Shown piece by piece: positions 11,945 through 25,098 of a DNA stretch of 64,000 nucleotides (its first letter is position 1; the number at the start of each line of letters is the position of its first letter). The translations under genes were made by a program, and so were the position numbers. Source of the DNA: Octopus bimaculoides (Eukaryota); NCBI RefSeq assembly GCF_001194135.2, contig NC_068992.1, positions 64,065,116 through 64,129,115 of the forward strand, in the 5' to 3' direction. The notes beneath the pieces are model-generated. The model did not search any database. It was not told the DNA's origin and was given only the letters and a program-made list of their open reading frames with translations.

Positions 11945-12149
11945 TCTTTTCTACTCTAGGCACAAGGCCCGAAATTTTGGGGGAGGGGGCCAGTCAATTA
12001 GATTGACCCCAGTACACAACAGATACTTAATTTATCAACTCCAAAAGGATGAAAGGCAAAGTCGACCTCAGCAGAATTTGAACTCAAGACAGACGAAATA
12101 CCGCTCAGCATTTTGCCCAACATGCTAGCGTTTCTGGCAGCTCGCCGCC
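11945..12149 (-). mobile_element. SINE family B copy in CRTC intron 2
   Basis: Reverse complement of the 7748-7958 and 34725-34938 elements. Confidence 0.88.
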
Positions 12150-15100
12150 TTTACATTGTAATATTGTTTAAAAATGATGCGAAAGAAATGTATAAATAAA
12201 GATCCCAAAATTTGAATGGCTACTGAACAAAGCCCAATAAATACGTGTATGAAGAGTACAATCTCCTTTTCTCAGAGTGGGGAATTAATGAAAAAATTGT
12301 GCATTTCCCTTGATGGCAATTCATGTTGATAAGAGAACAGTACCATGTAGTGTGTAATCCTGGGCCAAATAAAATCACAGTACATACAGTACTTTGATAT
12401 TGTTGGCTGTCTCTCAAACTATTGATTACCTATCTCAGATGAAAAATTATTCACCCAACAATAAAAGTACATCCAGAAAATGTAACATTTGCACAGTAAA
12501 CACATTCTGGTTATACTTTTTGCTACAATTAGAACAATAAACCTGGTGTAAGAACACCAGCTTTATCAAGCTATCTGCAATTGCAACCATACATTGCATT
12601 GATACTTGTATTTCTCAATGCCCACTCTTAAACTGCATAACTGGTACTTCTTGAATATTCAAGTCAATTATCATAACACCAACTGCTCTAACCCTAACCC
12701 AAAATCATTCAGCTATACGGCTCTGGAAACTGACCTCCATCTCTGAATCCATGAATAAATACACAAAAGTTGAATATATTAAGATGTACAACAGTGATTA
12801 TTAATACACTGAATATACAATGTTCTCAAGTAAGTAAAGAAAATTGCACTTTACGCTTACTAACACCCCCACCCCCACCCCACCCCACCCCACTTAAAAT
12901 TAAAATTTGGTAAATAAGCATCTGTTTAAAACATATATACTTGTTGTGGAATGAATGTTAATGAAAAAATCCACAAGTTTTTGAGAAAGTAGCATGGGCA
13001 TTGATACTGCAGTCATTCAGATATCCATGCTGATCTAACTAGAAATTAGGGTATGGACTCAAGATTCCATCCACAGCAAGACCGCATGTAATGATTACAT
13101 GAAATGCTTTAGTTTCTAGGCTATGCTTTATGTACACAGAGACTTAAAACAATATAACTGGATCAGTAATTGTGAAAATATGGTGACAGCTAATGCAAAT
13201 AAATTTACACCCAAGTTGCAACATTTTTTGATATAATTGAAATGAAGAAATATATATATATATATATATATATATATCAAAGATCCTTTCATAATCTGAA
13301 ATAAAATTGAATCTGAAAAGTAAATTTTAGACAAATTGTACAATTTATATTCACCTTTATTATTACTAAAATACCTTGTGTCTACATATTATACAGAACT
13401 GATGGAACTTGTTTGAAAGAACATACAACTGCAAAATAACTTTGCTATACCTTAGTGGGGTCATTCTATACCAATTATAAACACATGCACTGGTTTTGTT
13501 TCACTTCTTTTATTATTATTATTAGTTAATTAGTTAAAATTTAACTAATCAATCGTTTAATTCTTTGGTCAATCAATCCAATTAACTAATCAATTAACTG
13601 ACTGAGTAATTAATCAAACAATTGATTAATTAATTGGTTAAATGGTTAACTAATTGACTAATAATTCTTTCTAATTTTGGCACAAGGCCAACAATTTTGA
13701 AGGGAGGATAAGTCAATTAGATCAACCCCAGTGTTTTACTGGTACTTAATTCATTGACCCCAAAAGGAAAGGCAAAGTCAACCACAGCGGTATTTGAACT
13801 CAGAAAGTAAAGCCAGAAGAAATGCTAAGCATTTTGTCCAGCATGCTAACAATTCTGCTGTCTCACCACCTTCAACTGACTAAAAATAAAAGAAGTTAAA
13901 CAGAACCAATGCATGTGTTTATTATTAGCATAATGACCCTCCCAAGATACAACACAATCTGTTTCAACATGTAAGTTCACATCAAGAATCTTGCAAACCA
14001 AATACAAAATGAAATAATCTGTTTCTAGAATAGATAGGTCACCACTGGTAAATGAGCTTGTGTTATGTAAGAAACAGTTCTAACAAAACCTATCTGTCAG
14101 CATGAGTTGATGTAATTCCAGCTGTTGTAGCATTAATGCTCACATCACCTCTAGACACCATCGTAACATCTTTTAAACAAGTTTCCAAAGACAGTAATTT
14201 TGGAAAGAAAGAAAAAGAATAATAAATGAGTTTAGGTATGTTCTTTTCTTTCTTTCCTGTATGGTTGACAATGCTATGTTGTTTCATCACTGGCAATATA
14301 TGTACAATCAATAACAAGAAACACGACAGTTATCTATGAGGGCACGTTAAGTCACAATGGAAGTGTTGGTCTACACTTTCATTTTTGCTAAAATGTAAAC
14401 GTCTTTGGCAATTTGCAGATAGCTAGAATCTATGATTCTGTAAATAATTGTAATCATGAAAGTCTTTCATAGTATAACATTTGATAAAGTGCAAAGTTGG
14501 TAAAGACAAACTTTCCTAAATTATTGTCAAAAAACATTTCTAAATATTAGCAAAAATAGATTTTAGGATTGCATATATCAAAATTTTAAAAAATGCAACA
14601 AAAACAAGTGTTTATATGAATAAATTCAATTGTCAACATAAATCTTTTAGAATTAATGCATTCCAAAACAGAGAAACATAAGACAAATGTTAGTTTTTGA
14701 AGCATTAATAGTGATTTAATGTTAAGCATGTCAAGAGTTTATTCAGAAGCAACAAACAGGATCTGTGAAGAAAGATATGTAAGATTTCATGCAGAAAATA
14801 ATCTTAATTGAATACAACAACCAGTTAATAAAGTTCAGACAGGCCCAACTTTTCCATAAAGTTAGAGAGAAATGGTTTACAGTTGTCATGCAAGCTAATA
14901 GTTCTTCAAAAGGTTTATTATTTTGAAGGCATGACAACTTCAAAGAGGGTGGTGGGTGGAAATGATGGTTTTGCATACAGTTCCTGAAAGCCGGAAGTTA
15001 CTAAAAGTATAGAAATTGCTAAAATCTAATTTGAAATATTTCAGAAGAGTTTGAGGAGTAGGAAACATTTCGTGTCCTGTGGTGGAACATTTTTGTACCA

Positions 15101-15949
15101 CAACAACAGAATATTTACTTTAAATATGTAATGAAACATTTTCCCACCTAGTTTGATTGAATATGGTAGTAATAAATGATTAAGAGAAATTTCAAGTCAA
15201 AAGAAAAAAAAAATTAGTTAATCATTTTCATAAACCACCCACAAAAAAAAAGGGAGATATGAGAGAAAATCTGAATAGACAGCTGGTTAAGCATCAATAA
15301 GGATGCACTGCTGAACAAAAATCTACACAAAACAAAGCAAAAGAGAAAGAAAAAGCAGAAAAGAGGAGTGGGGAATAAATGAGGAATGAGTAAAAGCAGA
15401 TGGAAATCAAGTCCAATTTCCATAATAGAATTGCACAGTTTTAAGAATTAGGTTTGTTAAGGAGTGAAGAACAGGTTTAGCTGAAATACAAGGCGAGGCT
15501 GTACGGAGGCCAGTAAGCCAAGCCTTGCAGAAAGTCAAAATCAAATTCTTATACACAAACAAAACATGAATCGGTAGTCTTTTTTTTTTTTTGTTTTAAC
15601 ATGGGTGGGGATAATTATCTTGCATGTTTATCAATTAATTTCTTGCTTTGCTACAATACAATGACTAAAAGAATTAATATACATCCCTCATTCTCTCATT
15701 TCTGAATAAAACATAAGCATGCTTAGTTTGCTTTTAAATCTACAATTAATAATCTTATTTAAATATAAAATAACCTCAGAACTTATGTTTGTTTATATTT
15801 TTCAAAATCAAAGTGTCCATGGTACTACTGACAACTGCATGAGTTTATGACAAATTAAATCTACATATATTTTGACCTGAGTAAATAAAAAAAAAAAAAA
15901 ACAGGTGCTTTTCATTTAAAGTGATGCAATTGGTATAGATTTCTATAGA

Positions 15950-16560
15950 GAAAATAAAACATGCAAGAGAATCTGTATAACAGAGAAAGAAATGAGAGAA
16001 AAATAAGGGCTTAAGGAATGAGGCAGAAAAGGAGAGCATAACAAGGGAGAGAGAGAAAGATCAAAAGATAATGGGTTAGGGTTCAGAGGGAGACAATTCC
16101 AAACAGAGAGGGAAGGGAAGAAGTAACATGAATGATGGGAAGAAAAGCATGGGAAAAGTGAGAAAAGGGAGAGATTAAATGTGAGGACGAGAAAGAGAAG
16201 GCAAAAGATATAGCTGTGGATGGAGAGGGAGGGAGGGAGGGAAAGAATGAAAGATAATGTGGATAGGCTAGGGTGGGGAAAAGGGATAGATGGGTGGATG
16301 GAGAAAGCAGAAATACAAATAGAAGGCTGATACTGAAAGAGAAAGTGAAAAAGATGTAAACAGTCCAGAGAGAGAAAACAAAAGAACAAAAGAGTGAAGG
16401 AGAGAGAAAACATGGGAGTGAAAGCTAGAAGAGAATTAAGAAAATGAGAGAGAAAACATAGAAGAGAAGGATTTAAAAGAAAGAGAGAATAAAGAAAGAG
16501 TAAAGAGTATGGCAAGGACATAGAGGTCTTAACTGGGTGTGTATAAAAGGATGTAGAGCA
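15950..16560 (+). repeat. GA-rich low-complexity polypurine tract in CRTC intron 2
   Basis: Dense AG/GAA/GGA content with no coding signature. Confidence 0.85.
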
Positions 16561-17524
16561 GCAGTTCCAAATCTGGGTTTGCAAATTCCCTGAATGGAAA
16601 GTGTTAAGGATCTGTAAAGTTCAAAATCTGTTGAGTGAACCTTTAAGGCCGGGAGGCTGTAGGAAAATTTCTTTAAATAAAAGGGGCTTTTGGGAGAGAA
16701 AAGTTAGAGAAAACCAGAGATGTAGAAAATGACAGGAAGCATAGAGAAGGATATTTAGAGTATTGTTAGTAACAACAGGGAATTAGAAATAAAGAGGTTA
16801 GTCAAGAGAAAATACAGAGTCGGGATGGCGGAGGGGGGGAGAGAACATGGATAAAATTTATGGGGAGGATAGAAAAACAGAGGGAGAGAAAGAGTAAGAA
16901 AAATGAAACAGAAAGAGTGGTGCACCAAAATGTGAATGTGTGTGTGTGTGTGTGTGTGCAATAAAAATTTAAAAAAGAGATGAGTGTAAGCTGCCATGGG
17001 TGATGAAAAGAGATAACGAACAGGTGTCTGTAGCTCCTAGATAAATGTTAGAAAATGGTACATTACTTTCTGTAGGTTAACATTGTTTCATCATCACCCA
17101 AGCAATTTAAGAGGGGTCAAGAACAGGTTCATGATGCTGTGTAACCTCAAATCAGCCAGCCAGTTTGGTATGTGGGCAGTCACCTGACCAATGAGGTGAA
17201 ACCCAAAGATCTGTTGGTCCACCCTATATGGTAGTGCTAGTAAGGAGACAATGGTTGAACGGTGCTGAACAACTGACACAGATTAACATCAATTTCTCAT
17301 TGTTGTTTTAATGTCCACTTTTCCATGCTTGAATGAGGACAGATTTTTGTTGAGATAGATTTTCTGTGACCCAATGCCCTTTTTGCTGCTTACTTCCATC
17401 TGAATCCAGATAAGGTAATATTTCCACATGGCTGGACATGTTTCCACAGAAGATTGGTAATGAAGGACACTGCCTGTATGATGGTGACTCTCGCTTACAA
17501 CAATTACATGATGTCAAGACAGGG

Positions 17525-17555
<31 letters not shown>

Positions 17556-19138
17556 GACTTCTTTCAATTTCCATCTACTAAATCCACTCAAAGCTGTGGT
17601 CAACCTGGGGCTATAGTAGAAAACACTTGCTAAAGGTTCCACACAGTGGGATTGAACCCAGAATTGAGAGATCAAGAAGCAAGTTTATTAGCCACACAGT
17701 CATGCAGGCACCTATAACTGTTGTATATCAAAATTACTTTATGCAGTGAAGAGACAATGAACAGTTAATTATAGCTTTTACAGGTAGATTGCTCAACCTG
17801 CATGAAATACCAACTAAATTGCTCAATTTTTTTCCAAACTGCTTTTAAAAGAAATAATCAAACATAGGATAATGCAATTCTAGATAGATAGTATGTCTAA
17901 ATAAAAGATGGGATAGTTACAACTGGACTGTTTTTTATCATAGGTAGGCTCAGTCAGGAGGACTTATCTGAGAGCTAAACAGCAATTTGACCTGCACAAA
18001 GTATCAGCTAAATCACCCTTAAATCACACCATAGCTCTGTCATATTAAACAGGGATGGACAGATTACAATAATGTAGTCAGAGATAAACTATGTCTGAAT
18101 AAAATATGGGATGGTCATGGCTGATTTGGAGTTAGCCAGACAAGATGATGAACAACATTTTGGTGCTGCTGTAAGTTAAGCAATTGTTCTACATTACAAA
18201 TTGCTATAGGTAATTAAAAAAACAAAAATGAACAACATGAGGATCTAGCTGTAAGTAAAACAACTACAGCAGATGAACAGTAAGGAAGAACTTATTAGAA
18301 CTTAAGTAGGTAAAAACCTATTTATCATTACAGTAGATAAAGAGAGATAAGAAACTTTTATGGTAAATGAACAACTGAACATAATTTGGGGTAATGAGCA
18401 GTACTATAGAGCTTAAAAACAATTCATGAATGGATATAAGGGACTTCTACAAGTAATCTACACCTTTAAGTGAACTTTTACAGGTAAACAATTCCAAAAG
18501 GTGAACAGGAAGAATGAACAGAGTTTCTAAATGTAAATAACTACAATAGGTGAACAGAGATAAAGCTATAGATAACTACAGTTATCTGTAGTTGAAAAGA
18601 GAGAATAATCAACACTATATAGCTTCTACAGGTAATAACTACCAGAGATGAACAGAGAGAATAAACAACATTATATAGCTTTCATAAGATAACTATTGGA
18701 GATGAACAGCCAAAATAAACAACATCATTCAACCATTGTCAATAAAGAGCACAGCATAACTTATGTCATTAATAACAGAAAGTGAACAGAGACAATACAT
18801 CTTCAAAGAGAAACAACACTAGAATAATAAGAGGGATACAGACTAATAAAAGATGACCCACTAAATGGCAGTCAGTGCTTAGCCTCAAGACAACCCTTTT
18901 TGGAATGACCCATGACAAATATTACCCCAGTCCTAATCACACTGTCTCAGACTGCATTGTCCCATTTGCTGGTTCCTAATTTAAGATAATAGGGTGTGAC
19001 ATGAGAGGAGTTTGATTACTATTTCTAGCAGGTAAGTGGTAGCTATGGTAAGAGTTCTGTGATGTGGAAGATGTTTAAGGATTGGTAGGCAACTGGGGAA
19101 GTAAAAGTGAATATATAAATATCTGTGTGCACACACAC

Positions 19139-19177
<39 letters not shown>

Positions 19178-19311
19178 CACAACTGTTGGTTAAGATGTTC
19201 GCTTTCCAACTGCATGTGTGGCACATTGAACATGTGTCTTCAACTATAGCTCCAAGCTGATCAAAGCTTTATAGTGGATTTGATAAACAGAAACTGAAAG
19301 ATACCCATCAT

Positions 19312-19347
<36 letters not shown>

Positions 19348-19527
19348 TTCTGTGGAAACAGGTGAGGGTTGTCAACAAGAAGGGCATCCAGCCATCGAAA
19401 ATATGTCTCAATGAATTCACTTTTCCATGCTTGAGAATCAATGCATAGAAAAGTGAATGTTAAAATGATACTGCTGGTGCTGATGATACATATGCATGCA
19501 TTTATGCACATGCTAAGCCAACATGCT

Positions 19528-19841
19528 TAGTGAAGGCGCATGGCTTAGTGGTTAGGGCATTCGGCTCACGATCGTAAGGTCATGAGTTCGATCCCAGGTG
19601 ACGCGTTGTGTCCTTGAGCAAGACACTTTATTTCATGTTGCTCCAGTCCACTCAGCTGGCAAAAATGAGTAGTACCTGTATTTCAAAGGGCCGACCTTGT
19701 CACGCTGAGTCTCCCTGAGAACTACGTTAGGGGTACACGTGTCTGTGGATTGCTCAGTCACTTGCACATTAATTTCATGAGCAAGCTGTTCCGTTGATCG
19801 GATCAGCTGGGACCCTCATCGTCGTAACCGACAGAGTGCTC
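19528..19841 (+). mobile_element. tRNA-derived SINE (family C) with a 15-bp target-site duplication
   Basis: A box TGGCTTAGTGG, B box GAGTTCGATCC, core TGTGTCCTTGAGCAAGACACT. TSD CTAAGC(C/T)AACATGCT at 19513-19527 and 19842-19856. Confidence 0.88.
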
Positions 19842-22800
19842 CTAAGCTAACATGCTACCTCAAAGGTAGCACACTGACACATAACCGTTGTTCACAAAGA
19901 CAAGGAATAGACAGGAACACTACTTGTCCATCACCACAATAAAAACTGAACCTAGAATTTGCTTTTGAACTGTATGAAATTTTTTTCCTTAACCACATCT
20001 TCACACCACATTTTAAACATTTTGCTTGTATTTTTCCAACCTAGTTTCTATTTTTACTTCTTCAGACTCCTGAATTATTTTGTTCTGAATCAGTCTCATA
20101 ATTTCTGCTTCTTTTCAAAGCAGCCACTACAGCCGTTTCTCCTTCAGTCTATCTGCTTCACTTTCTTTTCCTCACTCTTTCATCTCAAGCTTTTTAGGCA
20201 CCTATTTCTCATTTCCCTCCACCTGAATTGAAACCGAAGCTCTTGCCTGTAACATGTATGCATGAGTATACATACACATACTTTCATGAAAATACAAACA
20301 TGTAAGAGATACCAAATTCATTGTCATATGATTTATGGAATATGGAATTGACATTAAGATGAAAAGTGGTGCACAGACACATGTCGTTCTTTACTGTAGA
20401 GAGGAATTGGGGGGGGGGGATATGAAGCCTCATCAAAAGATTGAGACAAATAGAATTTGCTGTAATGTCTGCTAATAATTGTGACTAATTGAACTTTAAT
20501 TTGTATATCTATACATATGTCATCATCATCATTTAATGTGTTTTCCATGCTGGCATGGGTTGAACATGGGGCTGGCCAGACTCCAACTGTCTGTTGCGGC
20601 ATGGTTTCTATGGTTGGATACCCATCCTAATGCCAACCACTATACAGAGTGTGCTAAGTGCATTTTACATGCCACCAGCATGGGTGTGTTGATGCAGCAC
20701 TGGCATCTGTAAAAGACAAGCCTGTATGTATGGATGACAATGATTTTTCTTAGCTTGGCAGGTCTTCTCAAGTACAACAAATTGCCACAACTCCCGGTCG
20801 CTTATTTCTTCAGTGAGGTCATTTCCTTGCATAGTTATATATGTATACTGAGTTTGTGTGCATATTCTTGTGCATACATTGCACATCTATCTTGTGGTTG
20901 TTTATGTTAGTCTAGTTTGTTGTAGGACGAGTACAGCCTTCAGAGTTTAATGTACTCTATCATTTGTCTCAATGTTCAGGGGATCTAATAATTTTGTTGA
21001 GTTTTTCAAAATATATAGCATCTTTTGGTGGACCAACGAATTAATGTAGGCTGTTCTACTTTGATTGTAGCCTTTTACAAGTGGTTAATCTGGAATACTA
21101 GAGAGAAATGCATCAAGATACATTTTAAAAATCTCAAGGAAAACTTTCAAGTTTCATAAATCTTTTACGAAGTAGTTTTATAACTGCAAGCCTTTAAATG
21201 CTAAACTGTTACTATATAAGTTTTTAGTATTGGAATTCAAGGAACAGCATGTTGAGATCTGACAATATACCTTTTACTTTTTCGTTGCCAAAGTTTGGAA
21301 CAAGATACTCAAGAACATTCCACACACATATGATGGCATATCATTCTTGGTATTTCATAGAGTAAAAATTTAATGCAAAGTCATTGCCAGTGGTTAAATT
21401 TCTTGAGTTTAGTGAAATGCTTCTTATGAAATCTCTCTAGTTAACAGGTAAAACCAGAGCCGTTAAATGACAAAAGATGAGATTAAACAAAAGGGATTTT
21501 CAAAGGGTCAACGTTACTGTATGATCTCTCAAGTGAACGTTCTCAGTACACAATCAGAGCTCTTGACAGGTTGTTGACAATATATGTTTAGAGAAACCCA
21601 GGTCATGAAAGCGTTCAGTTTTTAATAGTTTCCCTGTTTGGGACAAAACAGATTTTTGTTGGGGAATGGAATCTTGCAGTTGTTTATGTATGTATGTGCA
21701 TGTGTAAGTATACATATACATGCAGATACATATATGTGGATATGAAATGTTTTGTACATGCTGGGAATGTATGAAATGTACATTTCATATATGTATTTGT
21801 GTAATATGCATGCATGTTTACATATGCAAATTAGTGCATGCTACACCCCCTGCACACATATGCTTATATGTGTGTGTGAATATATGTACAACATGCATAC
21901 ATGTATAATTTTACATATGCGAGCATGTATATATGTTTTATATATACAAGCATACAAATGAAGGAAATGAGGTCATGGATACACACGCACAAAGATATAT
22001 ATATATGTATATAATGTAAAGGCGCGAAGGCATGAAAAGCAACGAATGTGTCCCTCCCTCCTCTCATTTAACAATATGCAGTACATGTCATGTCACCAGA
22101 CAACCTAGCAATGCTGAAAAGCAGGGGTTTCCACTTAACCTCCATTCAAAAAACTATACTAATTTGTCAGGCTCCAACCAACATAAGCAGCACTCAAACC
22201 GAAATATTTATTGTGGGTTGGAGGGAGGTGAGAAATAAAAGAAACCAAGCATTATTACTAATTGTATAGCTGTCACAAAAGAGCAATGGTGCCGAACTAA
22301 AATCCTCACAGTAAATTAGTTTTGCACCTACAAATGGTTTCCTGTTGAAATACTTCAGAAACAACCGTATCTCGAAGATGACGAAAGCACATCAGGAGTA
22401 GGCTGAGATTAATTCAACTGGCTGAATCTTCCCCAAACAACAACCAAACCTATTTTGTGTCAAAGTATTCAGTGTAATCATCATCACCGTTATTATAATT
22501 ATTAATCGTCATTAGTATTTTTTAAATATCGAGATCATTATCAACATTATTAATCATCATTGTTGTTATTTATTGGTTAGCTTTTGGTTTATTTCTTTCT
22601 TTTTTTTCGATGCACACCCAATATTTTTAGTAAAAGGGAAAGAGGTAAATATATAGATAGAGAGAGAGAGAGAGAGAGAAAGGCAGAAGTTTCGTGAGTG
22701 AAAAGCGGGTATATGAATGAGTTCGACGCAAGCTTGGTTAATATCTGAAGTGGAGAAAAAGACTTGAAGAGAAACACCGTAAACAGCAACAGAGAGAAAG

Positions 22801-22895
22801 AGGGGGAAGCTATGGGAAAAAAAGAGAGAGAGAGAGAGTGCCGTTTAGGAGAGAGAACAATGGCACTGGTGAAACGACACAAACTCCATACATAC

Positions 22896-23000
22896 CTGCA
22901 GAATTCCACTATTGGACGCAATCTGGTTCACATTGGGTAGAGACCCTCCACGGTATGCACCAAGGTTTTGGGTAATGTGCAAATGTTTTTGAAACGCCCC
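22896..23000 (-). CDS. CRTC: CRTC coding exon 2
   Basis: GAFQKHLHITQNLGAYRGGSLPNVNQIASNSGILQ contains the conserved GGSLPNVNQI motif. Boundaries GACAG|GGG and CAG|GTATGT; 105 nt, phase 0-0. Confidence 0.96.
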
Positions 23001-23554
23001 CTGTCGTAGTATATACAAGTCATATATAAATATACAAGCCACGGACCTAGGGGTATTATCTTAGTAATATTATGTTAGGCGGTCTAAGAAGGGAGTTTTA
23101 AGTGTTAAAATAATATACCTGTCCACGAATTCTTTTATTACTATGTATGTATGTGTGGTATGTATATATATATAAAATTTGTATTAGTGTGTATACACAA
23201 TATATATCTATATGTATACACACATATATATATATACACACATACAAACCATATATATATATATATATAATAATAATAATATAAATAATATATATATATA
23301 TATATAACCTTTATTGTTTTTAAGGGTTCTTTTTTTAAAGAAAATATGAGAATGAAATACAATAAAATGCATCATTCGTGGACTGCTGTATTGCATGGAG
23401 ACTATCTTCATGTTGGTGCTAAAACAATCAACCTGTTGAATAGTGAAAGAATATGCTATAATGGTGCCGGGGAGGAAAGCAGGAGGCCAGAATTTGCTTC
23501 ACCAAATCGTCGATATCCATATGTACATACCACTCTCTCTCTCTCTCACATACA

Positions 23555-23602
<48 letters not shown>

Positions 23603-24467
23603 AACACACCCACACACAGCATGTCACCATAAAAATATGTTTAATACAAACCCTCAGAAGTACTGTGATATTATTATTATATCAAGATAACCAACTTAAT
23701 TTTAAATTACTACTATATAAACTAAGCAATAACGAGTATTACGAGATAAAAAAAAAAACAAATAAAATTTTATTTTTACATATATATTTTTATTTAATTT
23801 ATGAATAATTAAAACGTTCAGAATCGACCAAATATAATCAATCTACAAGGATGATAGTGAATAATTGTTGCTGTTGTTGCTGAGTGCATATATTAGCTGG
23901 GGAAGGGGGTGACAGAGAAAGATGGGGGGAGGATGTCTACCTAATCGTGGCTTGGATTTGGTTTATGTATGTATCTAAAACCATTTTAAATCTTGTTTGC
24001 CACCAAGATGACGGTTTTATACACACACATATATATAGCGCATTAGATAGCACTAGTACTTTGTATAGAGATTATCTTCCGGGGACGTGATAATAATTTT
24101 GGTGGTGATGGAGTCGACGACTTGCTAGACCTGACCTCTTCAATGGGTTAAAGAAATGAAAAAAAAAAAAATCAGGTATTTATTTCTCGAGGTTAGCGAG
24201 TCGAGTCACGAATTTTGTCATACAGATCTAGTGCTTATTCGAGCGAGAAAACAGTACTTGCATGCCTACCTTCGTAAAATTGATATAACTATGAGAGGCG
24301 GGGAGGTGAGGGCTTGCAACTGTATCACTCAAGTGATTTATGTATATCTAGCGATCATTTTATAACACAATTATATAGTGAGAGTGTGTGTATGTGTGTG
24401 CAAAGGAGAGAAAGGAAAGCTCCGGAATGGTGCGACTGTTTGTGAGCACGCCAAGTGTAATAATATC

Positions 24468-24500
<33 letters not shown>

Positions 24501-25061
24501 TGGTATGTGTACGTGTGTGTATGGATGTGTGCAAGCATAGAGAGCAGTGTTAAGTGCTAAAGAGGGTGTCTGTGTCTGATGCCTAAGTCAGAATATGTGT
24601 GCATACAAGTGTGTGAGAGAGAGAGAGAGAGTGTGTGTGTGTCAGTTGAAAGTGGTCGGGAATTGCGAACGAGTCGTCGTGGCTGCCAGCAAGGCGACAA
24701 AATCTGGCTGCACAAAGTTGATGCCACCACTACCACCACCACCACTACTACTATTACTTGTATAATAAGAATGCCTGCACACAGTTCTAGATGTTCACCA
24801 CCATTCAACACTGCAGAGCACACAACACAGATTGTATAAGACAAGCGATCTCCAAAACAGTGAAATGTTGACGATTTTAAACGTTGACGAGTGAAAACAA
24901 AATAGACGATGCGTACACTACAAGACGCACACACAATCTGTGTGTGTGTGTATATATATATATATATGACATACATACGTTCGAACACATACATAAACAC
25001 GAGAAAGAAATATAGTAAAGGATTTTCTATATTATGTATTATACAGCTATCTTGTAATCTT

Positions 25062-25098
<37 letters not shown>

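Noticed and set aside
15489-15527. Small GC-rich hairpin in intron 2 as a miRNA or snoRNA
   Set aside because: Too short and bulged for a pre-miRNA, and has no C/D or H/ACA boxes.
15943-16584. 213-aa hydrophobic Leu/Ser/Phe ORF
   Set aside because: Translation of the CT-rich strand of a low-complexity polypurine tract.
17094-17279. 61-aa ORF as a nested gene or cassette exon
   Set aside because: No recognisable domain and no convincing splice sites; probably an old TE fragment.
19535-19605. tRNA gene (also the heads at 6348 and 7748)
   Set aside because: A and B boxes are present but there is no complete cloverleaf, and each continues into a repeated SINE body.
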